From: a virus
Length of the DNA: 64,000 nt
IMG/VR virus record: IMGVR_UViG_3300021091_005099
Location: 32,001-96,000 of that record
Reading direction: 5' to 3' (one strand)
In this document: positions 10,679-19,301 of the stretch, piece after piece
Position numbering within the stretch: position 1 is the first letter of the stretch
Layout of the letters: every line of letters starts with the position of its first letter
Program-made: the position numbers and the translations under genes
The notes under the pieces: generated by a model
What the model was told of the DNA's origin: nothing
Seen by the model: only the letters and a program-made list of their open reading frames with translations
Database searches by the model: none

Positions 10679-11829
10679 AATCTAACTTATGTGTGCTGCC
10701 GTGGACTTCCTTGGAAGTTGACGTGAATGGCTCTGCGTCACCTTGTTGCCTATACAAAGGAGAAATAGGTGATTTCAAAGTTTACAAAGACGATCTACAT
10801 AAAATACAAAATTCAAAATACATGAATGAGTTGAGAGATCAATTCCGCAATGGCGAACGTCCCGCAGGTTGTACCAGTTGTTGGCAGGAAGAGGATGCGG
10901 GCAAAATATCAAAGAGAATGAACAGCTATTATAAAATGAAAAATAGTTTGAATGGGTGGACCCCAGAATCAAAACCATCTCTTAAATTTATTGATTTCAA
11001 ATTGGGCAATATATGCAATCTCAAATGCCGCATATGTGGCAGTTACAGCAGTTCCAAATGGGCCCAGGAAGAATTAGATTATGGCGCGAATCCCGTCGCC
11101 AAACAAAACCTAGATTCTGGCCAATGGCCCAAACGTAATCCTGCCTTTTTCGAAGACATCAAACCCGTGTTGAAAGATGTGGAGTACTTTGAATTCACGG
11201 GCGGTGAACCCATGATGATAGAAAATCATTTCAAGATATTGGAGCATTGCATTGAAAATGAATATTCAAAAAAGCAATATCTACATTACAACACCAATGG
11301 CACCAAGTGTCCACCATTGAAAGTGTTTTGGATGTGGAGCCAATTTAAGAACGTTGAGATAGCATTCAGTATCGACGATACCGAGGCAGCTTTCGAATAC
11401 CAGAGACATCCAGCAAGCTGGCAAGAGGTGCAAGACAATTTAAAGGAGTACAAAAACTTTGTGGGCAGCAACAACATTGATTTTCAAATATGCTCGACTA
11501 TAAACATTTTCAACATTCTAAGTTTAGATAGATTATTATATTGGGTGAAAGAATTCAATCCAAAATATTTTCATGTGAATACGCTGTTTGCTCCGGACTG
11601 CTTTAACATTCAAACATTGCCCAAGCAGCTCAAAAAAGTTGTGACAGAAAAATACCAACATCTACCTCCCTACAGGTCCATAATCAATTTTATGAACATG
11701 TCGGACAGGCATTCTCATGAAATGGACGCGGAAAGGAAAAGAAGGATAAGACGGACAGATGAGTATAGGCAAGAAAAATTTTCTGAAATATTTCCAGCGT
11801 TAAATAATTTTTTAAGGATATATGAATAA
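10660..11829 (+). CDS. Radical SAM protein with N-terminal twitch domain (5)
   Basis: LCVLPW...PCC, CTSCW, CNLKCRIC, TGGEP. Confidence 0.85.
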   Translation: MVEKYLKSNLCVLPWTSLEVDVNGSASPCCLYKGEIGDFKVYKDDLHKIQNSKYMNELRDQFRNGERPAGCTSCWQEEDAGKISKRMNSYYKMKNSLNGWTPESKPSLKFIDFKLGNICNLKCRICGSYSSSKWAQEELDYGANPVAKQNLDSGQWPKRNPAFFEDIKPVLKDVEYFEFTGGEPMMIENHFKILEHCIENEYSKKQYLHYNTNGTKCPPLKVFWMWSQFKNVEIAFSIDDTEAAFEYQRHPASWQEVQDNLKEYKNFVGSNNIDFQICSTINIFNILSLDRLLYWVKEFNPKYFHVNTLFAPDCFNIQTLPKQLKKVVTEKYQHLPPYRSIINFMNMSDRHSHEMDAERKRRIRRTDEYRQEKFSEIFPALNNFLRIYE

Positions 11830-12613
11830 AATTTTACTGGCAGGTGGATGCAGTTTCACTTTTGGTAACGAATTGAGCGATGATAATGGAAAAAATCCAT
11901 CCGCAAAATCCTGGTCGGCTCTACTGGCCAAAGAAACAAATGCCAAATATATTTGCGTGGCGAAGCCAGGAATAGGCAACTCTGCAATAGCAAGGAGGAT
12001 CTTTTCCTATGTTTCATCCAATCCCACCAAGGACGTCTTTGTTACCGCCATGTGGAGTTTCTTATCACGCTATGATTGGGCCATGCCAAGACACCATGTT
12101 CTTGAAGGGACTAGATGGGCCTCAATCACGCCATGGGACACTTCCGACAATCAGGCAGAAGTACAAAAAACATTGTGCACCAGTGAGCCCCAATTGGAGG
12201 AATGGAAAAGGCGCAGGGAGGACATGAAGAGCACAGGAGTTGGGCCGTTCGCTGATGCCCTTTATCGTCACGCCGCGAACCAATATCACGAAGCATATCT
12301 CAGCTGGAAGAGCATCGTGTGGCTGCAGAATATCTTGGAAAAGAAAGATGTGCCCTACATGTTCACTTTGGCTGATAACAGTTTATTTTGGCAAGGGTTT
12401 GAGCCATTGCATGCAGTTGATTCTTTGCTGAATGGTCTATATAATGAAATAAATTTTGATAAATGGATTTTTTTTGGAGATAGGCAAATGGGATTCAATC
12501 AATGGTCAATAATGAAAGAATATCCTCGGGCCACCACGCATCCGCTTGATTTGGCACACGCTGATGCAGTGGCACTTATACGCAATAAATTTTTAAAATT
12601 GTATCAACAATAG
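11822..12613 (+). CDS. SGNH/GDSL-like hydrolase or acyltransferase
   Basis: GGCSFTFG block I, PGIGN block II, C-terminal THP...H. Confidence 0.6.
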   Translation: MNKILLAGGCSFTFGNELSDDNGKNPSAKSWSALLAKETNAKYICVAKPGIGNSAIARRIFSYVSSNPTKDVFVTAMWSFLSRYDWAMPRHHVLEGTRWASITPWDTSDNQAEVQKTLCTSEPQLEEWKRRREDMKSTGVGPFADALYRHAANQYHEAYLSWKSIVWLQNILEKKDVPYMFTLADNSLFWQGFEPLHAVDSLLNGLYNEINFDKWIFFGDRQMGFNQWSIMKEYPRATTHPLDLAHADAVALIRNKFLKLYQQ

Positions 12614-12621
12614 GAGAAAAT

Positions 12622-12726
12622 ATGTTCAATTGGTTAAAATCTTTAATACAAAGAATAAAATTAGAAAGACAGTACCGCAAACGTTTGAAAGAATTAAGAA
12701 AGAAAGATCCCTTCATATACAAGTAA
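12622..12726 (+). CDS. 34-aa basic peptide MFNWLKSLIQRIKLERQYRKRLKELRKKDPFIYK (not in the ORF track)
   Basis: AGGAG RBS at 12612-12616; fills the gap exactly, with its stop 1 nt before the next ATG. Confidence 0.7.
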   Translation: MFNWLKSLIQRIKLERQYRKRLKELRKKDPFIYK

Positions 12727-12727
12727 A

Positions 12728-14194
12728 ATGAGAACTCTGGGAATAAATTGCCTGAATCATGACGCAGCCATGGCTGTAATCGATGGAGGCGAGATATTAT
12801 GGGCCGCGCACTCGGAAAGATATAGCAAAATAAAAAATGATGAATATCTTAACTGGGATATAGTGAACGAGGCCAAGTTGTTTGGGCCATGGGATCGCGT
12901 GGTTTATTACGAAAAACCCATATTGAAAAAAACGAGGCAGATTTACGCGGGGCAATGGGCCGAAGTCTTCAATCGAGCCAACATGCCACAAAGTTACCTG
13001 CAAAATTTTAACATCAAAATAGATCAATATTGCGGGCATCACGAATCTCATGCGGCGGGAGGCTTCTATACGTCACCTTTTAATGAGGCAATGGTGCTTA
13101 CGGTTGACGCCATAGGAGAATGGGAAACCACCACGATATGGCAGGCAAGTGACAAAAAATTAGAGAAGTGTTACAGCATGAAGTATCCACATTCGTTGGG
13201 AGTGCTTTATTCTGCATTTACCCAGCGTGTTGGATTGAAACCCGCAGAAGAAGAATATATTTTGATGGGAATGTCTGCGTATGGACAACCAAAATATGTT
13301 TCTAACATTTACAAAGATCTGTTGCAATGGGACGGAGATTTTATCTTAAAAAAAAATTTGCATAGAGGACTTGGCGATTGGCTGCCGGAAGCGGATTCGA
13401 TGGACTTGGCGGCAAGCATACAGCAAGTTATGGAGCTGGAATTAGAGAAACTATGGAGAAAGGCACGCAAGCACATATCTGTTGGGCATGCAAGGAATTT
13501 GGTTTATGGTGGTGGCGTGGCACTGAATTGTGTGGCGAACACCAAGTTGGCGGATTTGGATCTATTCGATAACATATGGATCATGCCCAATCCCGGAGAT
13601 GCCGGCAGCTCCATAGGCTGCATCGCGGCCGCTGAACGTAAACACATCAATTGGCGTCATCCTTTCCTTGGGCACCGCATAGAGGGCGAATATCCTGTAG
13701 ATAGCATTATAAAGGAATTGGAAACCAATCGCATGGTGGGTGTGGCCAACGGCCGGGCAGAGTTTGGTCCAAGGGCGCTTGGTAATAGATCTTTGCTGGC
13801 CGATCCCAGAGGCAACGACATAAAGGATTTGGTAAATCAAATCAAAAAAAGACAGGAATTTCGACCATTTGCGCCGGCCATATTGGAGGAGGATCTAAGA
13901 GACTATTTTGAGGTTCCTAAGTGCGTTGTAAACACCCCTTATATGCAATTTATAGGCATTTGCAAGCATGGTAAAGACTTTCCTGCCATAATACATCATG
14001 ACGGCACCAGCCGTGTGCAAACAGTGAATAAAACAGACAATCCGGGCTTTTACCAACTGTTAAAAACATGGAAGGAAAAGACCGGCTGTCCCATGCTGCT
14101 GAACACATCTCTCAACATCAAAGGTGAGCCCATTGTGAATGATAGTTTGGATGCAAAACGTTTCGAAACCAAGTATAATGTGAAAGTGCTATGA
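12728..14194 (+). CDS. NodU/CmcH/TobZ-family O-carbamoyltransferase
   Basis: HDAA, HHESHA, GGVALNC, GRAEFGPRALGNRS, RPFAP, LNTSLN. Confidence 0.92.
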   Translation: MRTLGINCLNHDAAMAVIDGGEILWAAHSERYSKIKNDEYLNWDIVNEAKLFGPWDRVVYYEKPILKKTRQIYAGQWAEVFNRANMPQSYLQNFNIKIDQYCGHHESHAAGGFYTSPFNEAMVLTVDAIGEWETTTIWQASDKKLEKCYSMKYPHSLGVLYSAFTQRVGLKPAEEEYILMGMSAYGQPKYVSNIYKDLLQWDGDFILKKNLHRGLGDWLPEADSMDLAASIQQVMELELEKLWRKARKHISVGHARNLVYGGGVALNCVANTKLADLDLFDNIWIMPNPGDAGSSIGCIAAAERKHINWRHPFLGHRIEGEYPVDSIIKELETNRMVGVANGRAEFGPRALGNRSLLADPRGNDIKDLVNQIKKRQEFRPFAPAILEEDLRDYFEVPKCVVNTPYMQFIGICKHGKDFPAIIHHDGTSRVQTVNKTDNPGFYQLLKTWKEKTGCPMLLNTSLNIKGEPIVNDSLDAKRFETKYNVKVL

Positions 14195-14523
14195 AAATAG
14201 AAGGTAATTTTGAAGTTGGCGGAACCATTGTCAAGCAGGATGATCGCTATGTGGTCAAGGACAATAACCTGTTGAAGAATTTGATCTTGAGCAGCACCAG
14301 GCTCAATCCAGGCAAGCAGACCACTGGTCATAGACATGCCGGGCAGGAGGAGGTGTACTTGTTCGTGGAAGGCAATGGTGAAATGCTGTTGGATGATAGG
14401 CGCTTTCCAGTGAGCAAGGGAGATATAGTGTTGATAGAAGACGGAGTTTTCCATAGAGTTTACAACACCACTGAATCGGAGCTCTATTTCGTTTGCGTGT
14501 TTGATGGCAGGAGGACGATATGA
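14191..14523 (+). CDS. Cupin domain protein
   Basis: GHRHAGQEEVY...G.GEM...GDIVLIEDGVFHRVYN. Confidence 0.8.
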   Translation: MKIEGNFEVGGTIVKQDDRYVVKDNNLLKNLILSSTRLNPGKQTTGHRHAGQEEVYLFVEGNGEMLLDDRRFPVSKGDIVLIEDGVFHRVYNTTESELYFVCVFDGRRTI

Positions 14524-15488
14524 AAATATTTGTTACTGGAGGAGAAGGTTTTATAGGCAGCTGGATTGTGGAAAAATTAAGCAACAATGGACATGAGGTA
14601 GGCACTATGGACAATCTTGATACCTATGGAGTGATAAGCGAGAATAAACTTGATCAATTGTGTAGATGGAGGAGACGCAACTGGAAAAAGGTAACGAGAT
14701 TTTTCGGCAATGTTAATAGTCCAGAATCCTATTATCTTTTGACTCCAAAGAATGCACTCAAGGCGATGCAGGAATCGGAGGTTGTGATACACCTGGCATC
14801 TTTTCCCAGGGCCAAAATAGTCAACGAAGATCCGCAGCAAGGTGTCAATAATATTGTGGGCGGTACAACTAACATGCTGAATCTGTGTAAGTGCACCAAA
14901 GTTAAAAGATTTGTTTTTGTGTCCTCCAGCATGATCTATGGAAATTTCAAAGATGGCACTAAAGAGGACATGCCTGCCAGCCCAATTAATGTTTATGGGC
15001 AAGCAAAACTTGCTGCAGAAAAAATGACTGAATTATTTGGCAGGGTACATGGACTGGAATACGTCATCGTGCGGCCCAGTGGAGTGTATGGGCCAGGAGA
15101 TATTCCAGATAGAGTCTTGAGCAAGTTTTTTGACGCCGCCATGCGAGGTAAAGATATTGTGGTCCATGATAAGCGCAACAAAGTTGACTTCACATATGTG
15201 GAGGACGCGGCCGATGGCATCATCAGTTGTGCCCTTGGTAAACAAGCCGCGAATAAAATATTCAATATCACTGCCGGCGGTGCGACCAGTTTGGGAGAAG
15301 CGGCAGAGAAGATTATTAAATTGACCGGCAGCAGCAGCAAAATAAAAGACACAGGCCAGAATAGTCTGTATCCTGAAAGAGGCACACTTGATATATCTTC
15401 GGCCGTGAAATTACTGAAATACAAACCCAAACACAGTTTTGAACAGGGAATAAAAAAATATTATGAATGGTTACAAGATAAAATTTAA
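14520..15488 (+). CDS. NAD-dependent NDP-sugar epimerase/dehydratase
   Basis: TGGEGFIG, SSSMIYG, YGQAK (YxxxK), VYGPG. Confidence 0.9.
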   Translation: MKIFVTGGEGFIGSWIVEKLSNNGHEVGTMDNLDTYGVISENKLDQLCRWRRRNWKKVTRFFGNVNSPESYYLLTPKNALKAMQESEVVIHLASFPRAKIVNEDPQQGVNNIVGGTTNMLNLCKCTKVKRFVFVSSSMIYGNFKDGTKEDMPASPINVYGQAKLAAEKMTELFGRVHGLEYVIVRPSGVYGPGDIPDRVLSKFFDAAMRGKDIVVHDKRNKVDFTYVEDAADGIISCALGKQAANKIFNITAGGATSLGEAAEKIIKLTGSSSKIKDTGQNSLYPERGTLDISSAVKLLKYKPKHSFEQGIKKYYEWLQDKI

Positions 15489-16524
15489 TGGTCTTGAACG
15501 TATCTATGATCGTTACAAGCAGGAACTGGATGAACAAGCTCGGAAGTCCTGGCAGTCAGGACAGGCAATCCTGGGCGAGCAGACTGAAAAACTGCAACAC
15601 AACATAGCCAAAAAATACGGAAGGCGATACGCGGTTGCGGTTGGCAGCGCGACAGATGGAGTGTATTTTGCCCTAAGGTCATCTGGCATCGGCCGGGGAA
15701 ATAAAGTTTTTTGCCCGGTGCTCAGCTATGTGGCCACCTCAGGAGCTATACGCAGGGCTGGCAGCGAGATCAGATTTATCGACACAGACGGCTACGGCAA
15801 CATAGGAAATTTTCCTTTTGGAGAGAGACCAGATGCCTTGGTGTATGTCAATCTGTATGGCAACACGGCAGATTATGACAGAATAAAATCATTCTGCCAG
15901 GAGAATAAAGTTGTATTGATAGAGGATGCCGCACAATCTCAAGGGGCGTATTATAGAGACATTCCCTCCGGAGCCATGGGAGACGTCAGCGTGTTCTCGT
16001 TCGATCCCATGAAGAACATGCCCAGCTTCGGTTCTGGTGGCATGGTGCTCACAGATGACGAGCTGGTGTGCAGGCGGGTGATGTCTCTCAGGAGACATGC
16101 CGTCAAGAGCGACGACTTCGATCATGGATACAACAGCGTAATATCAGAAGATCATGCCGGACAGCTCAACGTTTTGTTGTATCACTATGATGAGCTGCAG
16201 ATGGATCGTGAGCGCGTTGCACTCAGATATTATTCTAACCTGCCGAAAAGTATTTTCATACGCGGAGATGGAAAAAATAAAAGTAGCTACCATAAATTGG
16301 TCATGCTGTCCGAGCACAGGAATGAGCTTAAAGAACATCTTGAACAGCAGGGCATAGAAACAAAAATACATTACGCGGAAATACTGGACCCTGCCAATTT
16401 GGGTTTTTACCCTGTGGCAGAAAATATATGCAGAGGTGCCCTTAGCATGCCAATATATCCGTTTCTAAGCGATGACGAAATAGATTACATATGCGATAAG
16501 ATCGAGGATTTTTATGGCGTTTGA
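15463..16524 (+). CDS. DegT/DnrJ/EryC1/StrS PLP-dependent sugar aminotransferase
   Basis: IEDAAQSQG, FSFDPMKN (PLP lysine), GSGGMVLT. Confidence 0.9.
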   Translation: MNGYKIKFNGLERIYDRYKQELDEQARKSWQSGQAILGEQTEKLQHNIAKKYGRRYAVAVGSATDGVYFALRSSGIGRGNKVFCPVLSYVATSGAIRRAGSEIRFIDTDGYGNIGNFPFGERPDALVYVNLYGNTADYDRIKSFCQENKVVLIEDAAQSQGAYYRDIPSGAMGDVSVFSFDPMKNMPSFGSGGMVLTDDELVCRRVMSLRRHAVKSDDFDHGYNSVISEDHAGQLNVLLYHYDELQMDRERVALRYYSNLPKSIFIRGDGKNKSSYHKLVMLSEHRNELKEHLEQQGIETKIHYAEILDPANLGFYPVAENICRGALSMPIYPFLSDDEIDYICDKIEDFYGV

Positions 16525-17815
16525 TTGTATTTGTGTTGATTTTCAAAACGCCACGGAAAATTTAAAAATCATCAAAGATCGCATGCCCCAGGCAAGGGTG
16601 ATACCTTTTGTCAACAGCTACATGGAAATTTTGCGATCCATGGTCAGAGACTCAAGGACCTCACAGGTATGGATGCTGTCAACTCTTGTGGACTACAGCA
16701 CATTTGATTTTGATTACATTCCAGAACAACACCAAGACAGACAGCTACATGTGTGGGCCAGCGCGGGGCAGAAGGAAGGGGACACGCTATTAATACCACG
16801 GGATGATTTTTTAAAACAGGAAGTACATTTGAAATTTCTAAGAGATTACACCGACATCAATTACCATGACTCTGCTCTGTGCTACTCGGCATGGCCTACG
16901 AGGCAGTTCAAGTTCGATGACTTGATTGAACAGGTGCGGGTGCAGAAAGAGCTGTATGTGAATTATTATTACAGAGATCCTGTTCAGCATGTGCCTTCAT
17001 TTTGGGAGGACATCAAGTTATATTGTTTGAACAGCAATAGATTAAATCTTTTGGTTCCAAGATTCTTCGTAAGGGAAGAATTACATGAATACTCACCAAA
17101 GCTATTGTCAAACGAGGCATCTGGTGGTCTGTATTTTGATATCGTGTTCATACATAACAATGAACCTCAACACAGAGAAAATTATGAAGCCCTGCTGTCA
17201 GCCACCAAAGGAAAACCAAACGCTGTGAAGATAGTGGCAGGAGTTTCCGGTAGGAACCAGGCCTATCGCGCTGCGGCCAATATCAGCGACACCGAGTATT
17301 TCTATGCGGTGTTCGCCAAGATAAGAACAAATCCTAATTTTGGGTTTGATTTCACGCCTGACACCCTTAAATCTCCTAGGCATTACATATTCGACTGCTA
17401 CAACCCTGTCATAGATTACACGTATGGACATCAGGCCATAATACTATACAACAAGAAAATGGTTTTGCAAAACCCAGGCACGGGACTAGATTTCACACTA
17501 TCTCAAAAGCATGATCATGTGAAGTTATTAAGTGCTGAAACCACCTTTCATCTTGATCCGCAAGTGGCATACAGGACTGCATTCAGAGAAGTGGTGAAAC
17601 TGCTTTACGCCCAAAAGATGCAGCCCACAGTGGAAGGCAATCATATTTTACTTAAATGGTACACAGAGTCTGACAAGCATAACTCAAGTTATGTGCGTGC
17701 TGCCTATGAAGATGCCGTGTCTTTTGTGAAACAATACGCGGGTGATTTTGAAAAGTTATTACAAAGTTATGAGTGGGAATATGTTGATAGTCTATATCAG
17801 CAACGATACAATTAA
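16514..17815 (+). CDS. Two-domain glycosyltransferase-like protein (C-terminal half is a paralog of 4479-5375)
   Basis: FIHNNEP..RENY, VAGVSGRNQAYRAAA, YGHQA, AYRTAFRE; the DxD position reads FAK. Confidence 0.55.
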   Translation: MAFDCICVDFQNATENLKIIKDRMPQARVIPFVNSYMEILRSMVRDSRTSQVWMLSTLVDYSTFDFDYIPEQHQDRQLHVWASAGQKEGDTLLIPRDDFLKQEVHLKFLRDYTDINYHDSALCYSAWPTRQFKFDDLIEQVRVQKELYVNYYYRDPVQHVPSFWEDIKLYCLNSNRLNLLVPRFFVREELHEYSPKLLSNEASGGLYFDIVFIHNNEPQHRENYEALLSATKGKPNAVKIVAGVSGRNQAYRAAANISDTEYFYAVFAKIRTNPNFGFDFTPDTLKSPRHYIFDCYNPVIDYTYGHQAIILYNKKMVLQNPGTGLDFTLSQKHDHVKLLSAETTFHLDPQVAYRTAFREVVKLLYAQKMQPTVEGNHILLKWYTESDKHNSSYVRAAYEDAVSFVKQYAGDFEKLLQSYEWEYVDSLYQQRYN

Positions 17816-18159
17816 TCTTTAAAAGTTTTATCTAACAGGTTGTTTGTTTTGGATTCGATATCGTGTTTTAATTTAGGGATATCGAATTTCAATTCCACAT
17901 GCTTGATGTTAGGATAGTTATTGTTGATAAATTTTTTCACTGTCTGGGCTACTTGTATCTCAGTTTTCTTTGCGGCCAATTCTTTTTCTACATCATAATG
18001 TATTGTCACATGATTTTTCAAAGTTATGTCGCACCATCTCACGTATCCTATTGGCATGTTGCTGTACGAAATGCCTTCTAGCACCTCAGGCCATTCTTTG
18101 ACAAACTCAGATGTCAACTGCACCCAGGTCTGTTTAGCTCTTGGCAGCTTGCTGGCCAT
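17812..18159 (-). CDS. Hypothetical protein
   Basis: 115 aa; convergent with the plus-strand operon, sharing TTAA stop codons. Confidence 0.6.
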   Translation of the reverse strand: MASKLPRAKQTWVQLTSEFVKEWPEVLEGISYSNMPIGYVRWCDITLKNHVTIHYDVEKELAAKKTEIQVAQTVKKFINNNYPNIKHVELKFDIPKLKHDIESKTNNLLDKTFKD

Positions 18160-18164
18160 TGTTG

Positions 18165-18656
18165 CTATTTTTTTTTGTTCTTTGATTTTGGCTTGTCCTC
18201 TGCCACAGATAGGTCTTTTAGTGAAACTTTCATATCATCTGCCAGCAGCTGATTTAATTTGTCCAAAGGTATTCTGCCATTCTTATCTGGCCCATACGTG
18301 ACTATCACGTCCTTGGTAGGCATCTTCTTAATGTAATTTTCTTCATGTAAGAAAGACAGCATATTGATATCTCCCGGAAAGTTGCACTTGGCCAGGTATG
18401 TGCCTAGGTCAAATGCGGCCTGTCCGTCAGAACTTTCAAGGCTGCGCATCAAAGCGTCTCTGTAGTTTAAGTTTAAAAAGTTTGGACCAATCACTAAACA
18501 GTTTTCTGGTTCTTTTGGAACCATTTTAAAGACTATGACCACCGGCGCATTGTCAGCAGCCAACACTCCTAGGTGTTTGAAATATCTCTTAGGCTGACTG
18601 TTGGCCTGTCCAACTCCGGTGGCGTCCATGACCAATCTATCATAAAGATTTAGCAT
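18165..18656 (-). CDS. Hypothetical protein
   Basis: 163 aa, tightly packed in operon. Confidence 0.6.
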   Translation of the reverse strand: MLNLYDRLVMDATGVGQANSQPKRYFKHLGVLAADNAPVVIVFKMVPKEPENCLVIGPNFLNLNYRDALMRSLESSDGQAAFDLGTYLAKCNFPGDINMLSFLHEENYIKKMPTKDVIVTYGPDKNGRIPLDKLNQLLADDMKVSLKDLSVAEDKPKSKNKKK

Positions 18657-18659
18657 TTT

Positions 18660-18971
18660 TTACCTTCCAGCAGGAACTGGATTTTCTGTTTTCTTCGCAG
18701 CTTCCTCGGGCTTAGGTTCTGGTGCCACCTTGGCCAGGAATGCCTGTAGTTTGTTATAGATCAATCCCACGGTGGCCATCTCATTGGCTCTGAATGCACC
18801 TCTCGTGGATGCTACGTCCATTACAAGTGCAATATTCCGCAAATCACCGATGTTGAGATCGGTAGCAGGCTGACCCATTGCAGGTTGCTGTGCCGTTGGT
18901 GCGGTCTGAGCCTGAGCAGTCGCTTTTGGCGCTGAAGATTCAGTTTCTTTTTTTGTTTTTTTTGTTGCCAT
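18660..18971 (-). CDS. Hypothetical protein
   Basis: AGGAG RBS; start MATKK; core DVASTRGAFRANE. Confidence 0.65.
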   Translation of the reverse strand: MATKKTKKETESSAPKATAQAQTAPTAQQPAMGQPATDLNIGDLRNIALVMDVASTRGAFRANEMATVGLIYNKLQAFLAKVAPEPKPEEAAKKTENPVPAGR

Positions 18972-18999
18972 TTTTTCTCCTAATTGCAATTAGAATACA

Positions 19000-19028
19000 A
19001 TTGTAACAAAATTAGTTAGCGAGGTCAA
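19000..19028 (-). promoter_or_regulatory. Sigma70-like promoter
   Basis: TTGACC-17 bp-TACAAT, with TAACTA nested in the spacer. Confidence 0.6.
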
Positions 19029-19031
19029 TGC

Positions 19032-19301
19032 TTAAATCACAGCATTCTGAGCCATGCCGCTGAGTATGAATAGTGTGAGGTCGCTGTGTTCCTCGAAGCC
19101 CACGGTGGTCAATATCTGCACTTGGTCATTTTGGTATTTGACATCATTTACCATGGCAAACCTGCCTGCGCAATTGGCATAGATCCAGCGCGCAGTCTTG
19201 TGCATCTGGTGATCTGTTTGACTTGGTAAAGATATCGATTTGAAATGTGGTGGTATCCGATCTAGTTTTCTTGTGTGGAAATTTTTGGCATTAATCCTCA
19301 T
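19032..19301 (-). CDS. Hypothetical protein
   Basis: 89 aa, overlaps the VWA gene stop. Confidence 0.55.
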   Translation of the reverse strand: MRINAKNFHTRKLDRIPPHFKSISLPSQTDHQMHKTARWIYANCAGRFAMVNDVKYQNDQVQILTTVGFEEHSDLTLFILSGMAQNAVI

